From the NCBI RefSeq assembly GCF_000012805.1, contig NC_007484.1:120001-152000 (forward strand): 32,000 bases of DNA, read 5' to 3'. The notes below the pieces were generated by a model. The model did no database searches and was not told the origin of the DNA. It was given only the letters and a program-made list of their open reading frames with translations. This document shows positions 9,464-19,363 of the stretch, piece by piece (within the stretch, counting starts at the first letter, position 1; each line of letters opens with the position of its first letter). A program made the position numbers and the translations under genes. This DNA comes from Nitrosococcus oceani ATCC 19707 (lineage in GTDB: Bacteria > Pseudomonadota > Gammaproteobacteria > Nitrosococcales > Nitrosococcaceae).

Positions 9464-10822
9464 ATGAACGCTATGAATAATCAACAATGGATTGAGCGGG
9501 ATCTAGGAGTGCTCTGGCATCCTTGTACTCAAATGAAAGATCATGAGCAGTTACCTCTTATTCCCATTCGTCGGGGAGAGGGCGTGTGGCTGGAAGATTT
9601 TGATGGACGACGTTATTTGGATGCTATTAGCTCTTGGTGGGTGAACTTGTTCGGCCATACTAATCCACGAATAAATGCAGCGATAGCGCAGCAGCTAGAC
9701 AAGTTGGAGCATGTTTTATTGGCTGGCTTTTCCCATGAGGCGGTTGTTCGTCTCTCCGAACGGTTGGTGGATATTACCCCGGCGGGATTGAGCCGTTGTT
9801 TTTATGCCGATAACGGCTCCTCGGCGATAGAGGTGGCGCTAAAGATGAGCTACCAATATTGGCGCAACGTGGGTAAATCCCGTAAAACCCGCTTTATTTC
9901 CCTTACTAATGGCTACCATGGCGAAACTCTGGGCGCATTGTCGGTAGGGGATGTGGCTTTGTACAAGGAGACTTACCAGCCCCTTTTGATGGATGTGATT
10001 ACGGTTCCCTCCCCGGATTGTTTTTTCCGGGAGGAGGGCGAGTGCGAAGCTGCCTATTGCCAGCGCCAGTTTGTTCATATGGAAAGAGCCCTAGAAGACT
10101 ATGGGGAGGAGACTTGCGCCGTTATTGTAGAGCCGTTGGTCCAGTGTGCCGGCAATATGCGGATGTATGATCCGGTTTATTTGTCTTTATTGAGGGAAGC
10201 CTGTGATCGGTATGGCGTTCATTTGATCGCCGATGAGATCGCGGTGGGCTTTGGCCGCACCGGAACCATGTTCGCCTGTGAACAAGCGGATATCACACCG
10301 GATTTTCTTTGTCTGTCCAAAGGGCTGACGGGGGGCTATCTTCCCTTGTCGGCAGTGTTGACTACCGAGACAGTATATCAGGCCTTTTACGACGACTATT
10401 CCACCTTGCGTGCTTTTCTCCATTCCCATAGTTTTACTGGCAATGCCCTTGGTTGCAGCGCTGCCTTAGCGATCCTCGATATCTTTAAGGAGAACTCGGT
10501 GCTTGAGAATAACCGGTTATTGGCGCAAACGATGCGGGAGAGCACTGAGCATTTTGCTGACCATCCCCATGTGGCGGAAGTGCGCCAGCATGGCATGATT
10601 CTGGCTATCGAAATGGTTAAAAATAAGGCCTCCCGCGAACCCTATCCTTGGCAAGAGCGGCGCGGACTGCAAGTCTATCAACATGGCTTGCAAAAAGAAA
10701 TGCTGCTCCGGCCATTAGGTAATGTGGTCTACTTTATGCCGCCTTATGTGGTTACCCCTGAGCAAATTACTGATTTAGCCCAGGTCGCATGGGAAGGCAT
10801 TAATCTTGCCACGCAAGATTAA
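9464..10822 (+). CDS. bioA: adenosylmethionine-8-amino-7-oxononanoate aminotransferase
   Basis: 452-aa class-III PLP aminotransferase with BioA-type motifs (LWHPCTQM, SSWWVNLFGH, YHGETLGALSVG, LIADEIAVGFGRTG, LCLSKGLTGGYLPL). Confidence 0.9.
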   Translation: MNAMNNQQWIERDLGVLWHPCTQMKDHEQLPLIPIRRGEGVWLEDFDGRRYLDAISSWWVNLFGHTNPRINAAIAQQLDKLEHVLLAGFSHEAVVRLSERLVDITPAGLSRCFYADNGSSAIEVALKMSYQYWRNVGKSRKTRFISLTNGYHGETLGALSVGDVALYKETYQPLLMDVITVPSPDCFFREEGECEAAYCQRQFVHMERALEDYGEETCAVIVEPLVQCAGNMRMYDPVYLSLLREACDRYGVHLIADEIAVGFGRTGTMFACEQADITPDFLCLSKGLTGGYLPLSAVLTTETVYQAFYDDYSTLRAFLHSHSFTGNALGCSAALAILDIFKENSVLENNRLLAQTMRESTEHFADHPHVAEVRQHGMILAIEMVKNKASREPYPWQERRGLQVYQHGLQKEMLLRPLGNVVYFMPPYVVTPEQITDLAQVAWEGINLATQD

Positions 10823-10895
10823 ACAAATAGGCGATCCATCTCTATAAGCTCTGGCGCTCGAGATAGTTAATATATTTTAATTTCAATTGCTTGCG

Positions 10896-11627
10896 ATGCG
10901 TGTTCCCCGTGTCTATTTTCCCTTGTCCTTATCGATAGGCTCTAGCGTATCCCTAGATGAGCGGGCTTTGCAGTATGTAATCCGAGTGCTGCGCCTTAGG
11001 CTCGGCGCCCAATTGCGGTTATTTGATGGCCGAGGTGCCGAGTATCAGGCGGTGCTGGAGACAATAGAGAAGCGGGCGGTTAAAGTACGGATTTTAGAAC
11101 GTATCGAGCATCATGTTGAATCGCCTTTGCATATTATTTTAGGGCAGGGGATCTCTCGGGGTGAGCGCATGGATTATGCGCTGCAAAAGGCCGTGGAACT
11201 AGGGGTCAGTCGTATCATCCCATTGCTTACTGAGCGTAGTGCTGTCAATTTATCTGCAGAGCGTGCCGAGAAACGGCTACGCCATTGGCAGGGGGTTATT
11301 ATCAGTGCTTGTGAGCAATGTGGCCGCAATTATATCCCTCCGGTGGATACACCTCGGCCGCTAGCGGATTTTCTTAGGGACGACCATAGGGGGCTGGCTG
11401 TGTTATTGGATCCCCGGAGCAGGCGGCCATTGAAGGCGTTACCTTTGCCTTTGGATAACCGGCTAATAGTGTTGATTGGTCCGGAAGGGGGATTGAATAA
11501 GGGAGAGGCTAAGCAGGCACAACAGGCTGATTTTATTGGTGTCTGTCTTGGACCTCGTATTTTACGGACCGAGACGGCTACAGTAGCGGCGCTGACGGCG
11601 CTGCAGCTACTCTGGGGAGACTTATAA
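10896..11627 (+). CDS. rsmE: 16S rRNA (uracil1498-N3)-methyltransferase
   Basis: MRVPRVYFP... is the RsmE-type N-terminus. The C-terminus carries the SPOUT knot motifs (LIGPEGGL...E, LGPRILRTETA). I preferred the ATG at 10896 over the TTG at 10887. Confidence 0.9.
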   Translation: MRVPRVYFPLSLSIGSSVSLDERALQYVIRVLRLRLGAQLRLFDGRGAEYQAVLETIEKRAVKVRILERIEHHVESPLHIILGQGISRGERMDYALQKAVELGVSRIIPLLTERSAVNLSAERAEKRLRHWQGVIISACEQCGRNYIPPVDTPRPLADFLRDDHRGLAVLLDPRSRRPLKALPLPLDNRLIVLIGPEGGLNKGEAKQAQQADFIGVCLGPRILRTETATVAALTALQLLWGDL

Positions 11628-11647
11628 CTAGATATATTTTCTTGTAG

Positions 11648-12205
11648 TTATCCTGTAAGGCACCTTTGGAGCGTTTTCTCCAGGTACTCGAGATTGGGAA
11701 TCAATACTGGAATCTGGTTAATTTCTGCGTAACAGTATAGCAAGGGACTGTTGGGAGCCTTGGGGGAAGCTGAGAGGTTATTGGTATGGGCCAGAATCAG
11801 CTGGGGAATGTTTTGAATAATAAGAGCATAAAATTTCCGATTGGAATCCTTTCTTACAGTATTGAGTATGACGATGTGGGCATGGTTTGAAAGTGCTGGA
11901 ACAGGTTTTTTTTGAAGCGCTTCAAAACTTACCAGCAGGAGGAGCTGCTCCCGCCAGCGTACTGTACCGCATAGCCAGCGAGGGGCATTCGGCAGGGATT
12001 TAGGCTTGAGATAAGGGATAATTTCGGCAATTGCGGTTCTGGGTAAAAGTAAGACTTGCTCCTGCAAAGGTATCAGAATGCTGGGTACTTGGTTGCTGGA
12101 TTGTGCATGGCTACCGGCTTTATCATCATCGTCATGGGGATGTGTCTCTGCCCTGATATTTGAAATAGATAGCTGGTTTGTAGTCATTTCTAATGGAAAA
12201 GTCAT
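11648..12205 (-). CDS. chpC: CheW-like coupling protein (ChpC-like), last gene of the Pil-Chp operon
   Basis: 185 aa with a CheW-fold pattern (LLPRTAIAEI...PNAPRWLCGTVRWREQLLLLVSFE...HIVILN...YALIIQNIPQL). It has a short His/Asp-rich N-terminal extension (HPHDDDDK). Its position after chpB matches the P. aeruginosa order. Confidence 0.75.
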   Translation of the reverse strand: MTFPLEMTTNQLSISNIRAETHPHDDDDKAGSHAQSSNQVPSILIPLQEQVLLLPRTAIAEIIPYLKPKSLPNAPRWLCGTVRWREQLLLLVSFEALQKKPVPALSNHAHIVILNTVRKDSNRKFYALIIQNIPQLILAHTNNLSASPKAPNSPLLYCYAEINQIPVLIPNLEYLEKTLQRCLTG

Positions 12206-12214
12206 AAATTAAAT

Positions 12215-13222
12215 TTAGCTTATTGCTTCCTTACGGCTTATGCGGTTCTTGACATGGGTATTTTCGAGTAGATTAACAAGGCTTCTGGCGAGTTCCTCGG
12301 GAGGAGCGCTGAAACTGACGGCCCCGGTGGCGCGAGCATAATCAGGCATGCTACTAATCTCACAACTAGCGGTATCTTGAGCCCAGACCGTACCCCCATT
12401 GGTGAGAAAATGATGGCAGCCTTGGGCGCCATCCTCGCCCATGCCGCTAAAGATAATAGCGCCAGCCATGGCACCAAAATGTTTCGATACAGCGTGCATG
12501 ATCGAATCAATAGATGGATTATAGCGATAATTATGAATAGCGGGGAGCAGAGTCAAGCAGCAGTTATCATCAAAGCTGAGATCATATTTTTCTGGTGTGA
12601 TTAAAACTTGCTGATTTTGAAGTTGGTGCCCCGGTTTCGGTATTTCTACGGAAAAGCAAGTATATTGAGCTAGTTGTTTAGTAAATAGCCCTAGAAAGTT
12701 GGCGCCAATATGCTGCGCTACAATGAATGTGATGGGTAAAGTTTCCGGAATGGCGCTTAGAAAGCTTTGTAGCGCTTGGGGTCCACCCGTGGATGCGCCT
12801 AATACCCAAACTCGTTGTTCAGTTTTCCTCTCCGCTGAAAAACCGTGTGGGTTAAGGCATCTTGGTGTTTTTCCTTCTCGTATCCTTGCGGCGGGAGCAG
12901 AGTTTGCAAGCTTAGCCAGTTTTTCGCTTGCCCGTTGTCCCCATTGAGCATGAGATATATTTTCATTAAACAACATAGGAAGCGAAGTTTGCTCTAAAAA
13001 TTTCTCGAATGCTTGGGCTTGTTTTTCATAAGCTTTGTTTAATCCTATAAAAAGCACATTAGCATGACGGCTTTCAGCTATGGTCAAAAGTTGCATATCG
13101 GGGGGACCATCGGCGACTACGGAAAGGCCGTGCTGCTCTAAAATATGGCGGATCTGGAGTCGCGTATCTTCACAGTTACAGGCGATAGCAACCCGGGCGA
13201 GCCTTGGTTTAGAGGGTAACAT
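12215..13222 (-). CDS. chpB: chemotaxis protein-glutamate methylesterase (CheB/ChpB-type) with a degenerate receiver domain
   Basis: The C-terminal catalytic domain has all three CheB triad contexts (LGASTGGPQAL, VAQHIGANF, SGMGEDGAQG). The N-terminal roughly 110 aa are receiver-like but lack the acidic residues (see findings). The ATG overlaps the chpA stop by 14 nt. Confidence 0.85.
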   Translation of the reverse strand: MLPSKPRLARVAIACNCEDTRLQIRHILEQHGLSVVADGPPDMQLLTIAESRHANVLFIGLNKAYEKQAQAFEKFLEQTSLPMLFNENISHAQWGQRASEKLAKLANSAPAARIREGKTPRCLNPHGFSAERKTEQRVWVLGASTGGPQALQSFLSAIPETLPITFIVAQHIGANFLGLFTKQLAQYTCFSVEIPKPGHQLQNQQVLITPEKYDLSFDDNCCLTLLPAIHNYRYNPSIDSIMHAVSKHFGAMAGAIIFSGMGEDGAQGCHHFLTNGGTVWAQDTASCEISSMPDYARATGAVSFSAPPEELARSLVNLLENTHVKNRISRKEAIS

Positions 13223-16200
13223 TGGCCTCAGTCGCGTTTAAAAAAAGTTGAATATGTTGTAATAATTCGTCCTCTTGATAGGGTTTAATTAAATAGGCGT
13301 TAATGCCTATTTGGTCAGCTTTATCCCGGTGTTTTTTCCCGCTCCGGGAGGTAATCATGATGATTGGAATACCCCGCAATCGTTTATCTTTTCGTATAAA
13401 AGCAGCGAGCTCAAAGCCATCCATCCGCGGCATTTCAATATCTAGCAGGAAAATATCGGGGGTGTATTCCTGAAGCAGTTCTACTGCATTTACCCCATCC
13501 CGGGCTGTCAGTACTTCCATTCCATGGCGTTCCAGAATTTTCTCGGTAGTTTTGCGAATAGTAATAGAATCATCGATGACCATGACCGCTGGTTTTTGCG
13601 CTATCTTGGTATTTGCCTGCCGCTTTATCGCTATAGAGGTTTCTGTTTTTTGTGTGGCCTTACGGATCAGTGCTGGCAGATCCAGGATAAGCACTACTCT
13701 GCCATCCCCTAGAATAGTTGCGCCGGCTATCTCTTTGATAGCGCCGAGCTGGGGTCCCACTGATTTAATGACGATTTCACGGCTGCCTATTAAAGCATCT
13801 ACTAGTATGGCGGCCTGAAATTCGCCCGAACGCACTAATAATACAGGGTAATGGGTGTTAGAGGTGGATGTTTCTGGGTAATCTTGTCCCAAGGCGGCGC
13901 CAAGATCAATAAAGCGATAATTAACGTTTTCATGACAAAATAGGCATTGTTCGCTAGCAAGGAGGGAATCAACGGTTTCCTTATCAAGACGGATTACACT
14001 TTGTACGCTAATGATAGGCAAAGCGAAAAGTTCATTCTTCGTTTCGACTAACAGGGCCTGGACAATAGTAAAAGTCAGTGGAAGGCGGATGGTAAAGGTT
14101 GTTCCCTTACCTTTTTGAGAGGCGATAGCTAAGGTTCCGTTGAGGGCTTGTATTTCGCTATTGACAACATCCATACCTATCCCACGCCCCGCAACTTGGG
14201 AAACGTTATTAGCAGTACTGAAACCCGATTCCAGGATGAGCTGGATTAGATCAGCGTCGGGCGGCATCGCCTCTTTCTGCACCAATCCTCGAGTAAGTGC
14301 TTTAGCGCGTATTTTCTCCAAATCAATGCCTTGTCCGTCATCGCTTACGTGGATGACAATCTCCGAGCCTTCACGGGTTAGTGAGAGGGAAATACTACCC
14401 ATTTCTTTCTTGCCAGCTGCAATACGGAGAGGGGCTTTTTCAATACCATGAGCGATACTATTTCGTAACATATGCTCAAGGGGAGCCATAATACGATTTA
14501 ATACTGTACGGTCTAATTCATGACCGCTATCCGTTATTTTTATCTGGACTTTTTTATCGAGTTCCTGGGCTGTTTGGCGAACGATTCTATGAAGGCGCGG
14601 TGTTACTCCCGTAAACGGTAGCATCCGTGTATTCATTAAGCCCTGTTGCAGGTCAGCCCCAGTACGTGATTGCTGGAGTAAGAGGATATCCGCTTCCCGT
14701 GCTGTCCCATCTAGCGTTTCTTTAATATTAGTGAGATCGCTGATACTTTCCACGAGTCCCCGTGACAATTGGTGTAATTGAGAGTAGCGATCCATTTCCA
14801 AGGGATCAAAGCCTTCCAGATGTTGGTTATTTGCTTCTTCATGGCGATAAATGATTTGGGTCTCTGTCTCGATCTCTAACCTGCGAATTTGACTCCGCAG
14901 GCGGGCAACAGTTCGTTCCATTTCGCCAAGGTTTAAACGTATTGTCCCAATCTGTTGTTCGAGGCGAGTGCTAAAGATATTAACTTCAGCAGCATTGTTC
15001 ACTAGATGATCCAGCAAATCGGCCCGTACCCGTATTTGTTCTACTGGAGGGGTTCCGGTTTCTGCAAGAGGGCGCGCGGTTTTATGCAGCTTCTGTTCGG
15101 GGGGAAGAGCTAGTGTTGCTGCTGGCAGTTCTTGATCGTGAATTAACCGCGCTTGTTCCGATTTCTGAGAGGATGGTAGATCCTCAGAATTGTAACGACT
15201 TATTTCAATCAATAAATCTGATATGGAAGGGAGTGGGACAGCGTTTTGAGCAAACTCGCATAATGTACATAATCTATCAAGACAATGCTGCAAAAGCCCA
15301 AATAGCCCTGATTCCGTATTTTGTTTTCCCTCTATTATCGTGCTTGCTATTGTTTCCATATGATGGGCTAGGTCAGCCAACAGGGTAATCCCTGCTAGCC
15401 GCGCGCCACCTTTTAAGGTATGCAGATGCCGTTGAAATTCCTCAGCCGGAGCTTGTTCTGAGGAGAAGTTTTTCTGCCAGGCTGAAAGGCTTATCTGGCT
15501 AGCCTGCAGCAGCTCATCGGCTTCCTCTAGGAAAGCAGCAACCAGTTCGTTATTGGGATCGATGGAGGGAGCCTTTGAAACAGGATCAGGGGTATCATCC
15601 TGAGAGAGCTCATCTGGCATCGGCAGCATTTTTTCCGTATATGGTAAAGATTCAGCCATTCCATGAATACGGGAGGATAAATCATTAGCAGCGAGTAAAG
15701 CAGCTCCATGGCGAAGGGAGTCGCACATTTCTGCAAGTCGATCATGTCCTTCTTGTAAGAGATTGAGGAATTCACTGTTATCTGTAAAGCCCTTATCAAT
15801 AGCAGTGATAATAAGAGATTCCAGATCATGGCTAAGATCGCCCAGAGCGGTAAGGTTAGCCAGGCGTGCGCCCCCTTTTAGGGTATGAAGCTCTCGTTGT
15901 AGTTGTTGTACCGGTGTGCTTTCTTGAGGAGATGCGCGTAGGTCGGTTAGCGTAGTCTCTATAGCTTGCAGGACGTCATCCGCTTCATCGAGGAAAACGG
16001 CTAGTAATTCTGGATCCGAAAGATGTCCAGAAACAGAAGTATGCTGGCCTGAAATGAATTTTCCTTGTTCTGCTAGCTGTGCTTCCTGGGTAAGTTCTGG
16101 ATCATGCTTAGAATTTTTCTCCCCGGTGGAGGACTCGCTGTTTTTAGCAGGGGGGGAGTAGGAATCCTCTACTTCAACAGCCTGGAGGGTGGAGTCAACC

Positions 16201-18485
16201 TCACTGGAAGCAAGATTGGGCGTATTGTCAGCTACGGCCTGCGCCCTTTGTAATAATGCCAAAATACTCTCGGCTGGTCTCCCTCCCCCCTGCGTGAACA
16301 AGGTAAGAAGCTGTGGTAATGCTTGCTGTGCTCCTTCAATTATTTCAAATACCGCAGGCTTGATTTCAATTGTTCCCTCCATAATACGGTTAAGCATATT
16401 TTCAATAGCCCAGGCTAGCTCGCCGATATCGATTGCACCGACGAGGCGCCCACTGCCTTTGAGGGTATGAAAGGAGCGGCGTATCGTTTTAAGCGCTTCC
16501 TGTTGGCTGCTATCCTGCCGCCATTGAGAAAAATGCTTAGCGATGGAAAGCATCTCTTCTTGGGCTTCTTCAATAAAATAGGTGGCAATTTCTGGGTCGA
16601 CATCTTTTGGATAAACTGGTGCGCCAGGAATTTCCCAAGTGGTTCTAGAGAATGGAATTAGGTCGCTTTTTACTTCTGAGACAGAGTTTTCTTCAGTAAC
16701 TCCTAAAGATAATTCTTCGGGGGCAGATTCAGCACCCATAGATTCGACATTAGCTTGGTAATTATTAATCGCATTATCTAAAGGTGTTGGAACACGGGTC
16801 AGGCATTCCGCTGCAGTGTCTAAAAGTGAGCTGCTCGCTAACGCGCCTTCCGCTAGCATCTCTAGATAGAGTTCTATAGCGCAAATGGCTTCTGCTAGTT
16901 CCTCCAGGCCGGCGGGGTAGGACTTATATATTTTTCCGATAAGAGCTTTATTAATGAAAATATTACACTCTGCGATTAAATCGGCAATACGGGTTAATTC
17001 CAGCACCGACAAAATCTCTGAGATTTGTCGTAATTTATTCGGAACAGAATTCAGTGCGTTTGAGTCGTTTAGATTCAGACTATAGCTAGTTAGTGCCTCA
17101 CTTACAGTCATAAGTTCAGCGAGGCATTCTTTTGCTGCCGTATGCAGCGCCGCTTTGACATTATCATCAGAAGTAGGAGCTGAAGATGTCGTTTGGCGAA
17201 TATCGGAATGGCTACCAGTGGCAGGAGATGATTTTTTTGGGTTTTTTGATAACGCTATTTCTTTTTTAAGTGATGCCTCAATTTGGAGCAGATTATCAGC
17301 CAAATCTAGCTGTTGATTGCTGTCAGATCCAGTTTCTTTTTGACTAATAGCATGTAGCTTCCTGATTGCTTCATGCAGAATGAAAATAGAGGTATCAAAG
17401 CCAAGTACTTCTAAGGTATCAGCCATCTTGTGAAACAGGCGATCTAGATTTTCAATTCCTTCCTTTGATATTCCATTAGCGCGTTCAGAAATCTCTAGGA
17501 GATCTTTAGCCTGAGTAAGATCTTCTTGAAGAGCATCAAATACCGTATCAACGACTTCGGCTCCTAGATTGCTTAATAAGGACTGGTCTGAAGAAGAAAA
17601 ATAATTTTCTAATTGATAAGTTTCTTTTATGGCAGAAACATAGCTTCCAGAAGAGGTAGCATTAGCAACTTGGAATAATAGTGATTTAAGCAGGCTGTCA
17701 GTTATATCGTCTACTAATGCGGACTCGCCTGATTGAATCAATATTTTAACTTTCTTATTCAATCCTCCTAATAAAAGTTTTATTTCTTGGGTTGATTGAA
17801 TTCCATCTTCTTGCAGCGCTTCAATAACTCCTTGAGATAACCACCATAGGCGAATAGCAGCAATATCACGGCAGCTTTGCCGTAATTCAGACATGACCTT
17901 AGCTAGGTGTAAAAGACTATCACTGGATGAATTTCGGAACCAATTGAGGAGAGCCGACTCGTATTGAAGACGTAATTTGGAAGAAAATAAGGGAGAAACG
18001 TTACTATCCATCTCTAAGGGAGATGCCAAGGTGTTTGGGAGCGGAGTGTTTAATTCCGGCTCAAAGAAATCTATTTTTTTTAGTGGGCACTTGTTATAGG
18101 TTTGACGTATCTCATTTACCATAGGCAAGACACTAACAGGATGATCCTTCTTTCCTGAATGTAGGCGATTTAGATAATCCTGAAGAGAAAGCGTACCTTG
18201 CATTAATATTTCTAGAGCTTGAGAATTAGATTCTATTTCTTTCTCAAGAATACCAAGAGCTAGCGCTTTGGTCTCAGACGCAAGCAGATTTGCCCCTGAT
18301 AATTCCACCATTTCAAGAACTCCTTCTACCTGATGTAAATGGTTTAGGTAGAAGCGTAATTGGGTGATATCATCTGTGTTTTCGGCAAAGGCTTCTAAAG
18401 CTAGACTTGCCTCACGCAATGATTCTTCAAGCTCATTCTTAACCCAGCTGAGCGCGTTTTCACTGAACTCATAATTTGTGCTCAT
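13209..18485 (-). CDS. chpA: ChpA/PilL-type hybrid histidine kinase (multi-Hpt - dimerisation - HATPase - CheW - receiver)
   Basis: 1758 aa.
- Canonical Hpt motifs: FHTLKGSGRL (His673, nt 16467-16469), LHTLKGGARL (His867, nt 15885-15887) and LHTLKGGARL (His1022, nt 15420-15422).
- Degenerate Hpt-like helices lie near aa 45-60, 345-365 and 484-500.
- The CheA dimerisation region spans about aa 1150-1290.
- HATPase boxes are LEHMLRNSIAHG, DDGQGID and GRGIGMD.
- The CheW-like domain spans about aa 1475-1607.
- The C-terminal receiver reads VMVIDDS...FLLDIEMPRMDG (Asp1682, nt 13440-13442) ...YLIKP. Confidence 0.95.
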   Translation of the reverse strand: MSTNYEFSENALSWVKNELEESLREASLALEAFAENTDDITQLRFYLNHLHQVEGVLEMVELSGANLLASETKALALGILEKEIESNSQALEILMQGTLSLQDYLNRLHSGKKDHPVSVLPMVNEIRQTYNKCPLKKIDFFEPELNTPLPNTLASPLEMDSNVSPLFSSKLRLQYESALLNWFRNSSSDSLLHLAKVMSELRQSCRDIAAIRLWWLSQGVIEALQEDGIQSTQEIKLLLGGLNKKVKILIQSGESALVDDITDSLLKSLLFQVANATSSGSYVSAIKETYQLENYFSSSDQSLLSNLGAEVVDTVFDALQEDLTQAKDLLEISERANGISKEGIENLDRLFHKMADTLEVLGFDTSIFILHEAIRKLHAISQKETGSDSNQQLDLADNLLQIEASLKKEIALSKNPKKSSPATGSHSDIRQTTSSAPTSDDNVKAALHTAAKECLAELMTVSEALTSYSLNLNDSNALNSVPNKLRQISEILSVLELTRIADLIAECNIFINKALIGKIYKSYPAGLEELAEAICAIELYLEMLAEGALASSSLLDTAAECLTRVPTPLDNAINNYQANVESMGAESAPEELSLGVTEENSVSEVKSDLIPFSRTTWEIPGAPVYPKDVDPEIATYFIEEAQEEMLSIAKHFSQWRQDSSQQEALKTIRRSFHTLKGSGRLVGAIDIGELAWAIENMLNRIMEGTIEIKPAVFEIIEGAQQALPQLLTLFTQGGGRPAESILALLQRAQAVADNTPNLASSEVDSTLQAVEVEDSYSPPAKNSESSTGEKNSKHDPELTQEAQLAEQGKFISGQHTSVSGHLSDPELLAVFLDEADDVLQAIETTLTDLRASPQESTPVQQLQRELHTLKGGARLANLTALGDLSHDLESLIITAIDKGFTDNSEFLNLLQEGHDRLAEMCDSLRHGAALLAANDLSSRIHGMAESLPYTEKMLPMPDELSQDDTPDPVSKAPSIDPNNELVAAFLEEADELLQASQISLSAWQKNFSSEQAPAEEFQRHLHTLKGGARLAGITLLADLAHHMETIASTIIEGKQNTESGLFGLLQHCLDRLCTLCEFAQNAVPLPSISDLLIEISRYNSEDLPSSQKSEQARLIHDQELPAATLALPPEQKLHKTARPLAETGTPPVEQIRVRADLLDHLVNNAAEVNIFSTRLEQQIGTIRLNLGEMERTVARLRSQIRRLEIETETQIIYRHEEANNQHLEGFDPLEMDRYSQLHQLSRGLVESISDLTNIKETLDGTAREADILLLQQSRTGADLQQGLMNTRMLPFTGVTPRLHRIVRQTAQELDKKVQIKITDSGHELDRTVLNRIMAPLEHMLRNSIAHGIEKAPLRIAAGKKEMGSISLSLTREGSEIVIHVSDDGQGIDLEKIRAKALTRGLVQKEAMPPDADLIQLILESGFSTANNVSQVAGRGIGMDVVNSEIQALNGTLAIASQKGKGTTFTIRLPLTFTIVQALLVETKNELFALPIISVQSVIRLDKETVDSLLASEQCLFCHENVNYRFIDLGAALGQDYPETSTSNTHYPVLLVRSGEFQAAILVDALIGSREIVIKSVGPQLGAIKEIAGATILGDGRVVLILDLPALIRKATQKTETSIAIKRQANTKIAQKPAVMVIDDSITIRKTTEKILERHGMEVLTARDGVNAVELLQEYTPDIFLLDIEMPRMDGFELAAFIRKDKRLRGIPIIMITSRSGKKHRDKADQIGINAYLIKPYQEDELLQHIQLFLNATEANVTL

Positions 18486-18502
18486 CAGCTGTGCTCCTGA
18501 TA

Positions 18503-19360
18503 CTATGAATCGGCTTTACGCCGATAGGCAAGCGTATTTTCATAATTTATCTTTTCTAACGCTGGATGCGACCAATTAAACACATCGCTAATACTTAAAA
18601 TTAATAAACCGCCAGGTGCTAGGTGAGTAACCAAGGCATCTAGAATTAAAGAATGTTTATCTAAACTAAAGTATATAAGGAAATTTTGGCATACAATAAT
18701 ATTCATTTTTCCTAAAGGAGCATTTTTTGCTTGTAGCACATTTAGCCTAGAGAAACATACTCGATTGCGCATCATTAGCTTGACTTGATAAAAATTATCA
18801 TCTAGCGGGATAAAATACTTAGTACGTAAATAGGGGGGGATATTGGCCAGCCTACTTTCATGATATATACCTTGCTTTCCCGTAGTGAGCGCAGAGTGAC
18901 TAATATCTGTAGCTGTGACTCCAAAAAATATATCTTTAGTTGCTCGGGTATTTTTATCTATGATTATGGCGAGGGAATAGGCTTCTTCTCCAGTAGCGCA
19001 GGCCACGCTCCAAGCATGAATGCTGCCTTGTGCTTTGCCGGGCAGATATTGATTGGATAACAAAAATTTTTCAATAAGAAATAAAGAATCAGGATCTCGG
19101 AAGAAGCGAGTTTCTTTGACGGTTAGACTGTCAATGAGCACCCTCCATTCCATGTTATTTCTATTTAGGGATTTTAAGTAATTATAGTAGCGATGAAAAT
19201 TATTGAAGCCATGGACACTCATCCGCATACGAAGGCGGGTTTCCAGAAAAGAGTTTGGAATTGTATCCGTGCAGACACCCGATTCCTCTAAAATTTCTGC
19301 CCATTTTGGATAATTCTCAATATTAAGACTTGGCTTCGGATTAAGCTTCATTGTTATCAA
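18503..19360 (-). CDS. pilK: CheR-type chemotaxis protein methyltransferase (PilK)
   Basis: 285 aa with CheR motifs (ETRFFRD, IHAWSVACATGEEAYSLAI, IVCQNFLIYF). The track start is a TTG at 19360, and an ATG at 19351 (MKLNPK...) is an equally plausible start. Confidence 0.85.
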   Translation of the reverse strand: MITMKLNPKPSLNIENYPKWAEILEESGVCTDTIPNSFLETRLRMRMSVHGFNNFHRYYNYLKSLNRNNMEWRVLIDSLTVKETRFFRDPDSLFLIEKFLLSNQYLPGKAQGSIHAWSVACATGEEAYSLAIIIDKNTRATKDIFFGVTATDISHSALTTGKQGIYHESRLANIPPYLRTKYFIPLDDNFYQVKLMMRNRVCFSRLNVLQAKNAPLGKMNIIVCQNFLIYFSLDKHSLILDALVTHLAPGGLLILSISDVFNWSHPALEKINYENTLAYRRKADS

Positions 19361-19363
19361 TGA

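Noticed and set aside
13524-16661. Several 62-103-aa plus-strand ORFs, plus minus-strand alternate-frame ORFs (15527..15829, 16415..16603), inside chpA
   Set aside because: All are nested in the 1758-aa ChpA reading frame, which has strong domain evidence. They have low-complexity or odd composition and no start signals.
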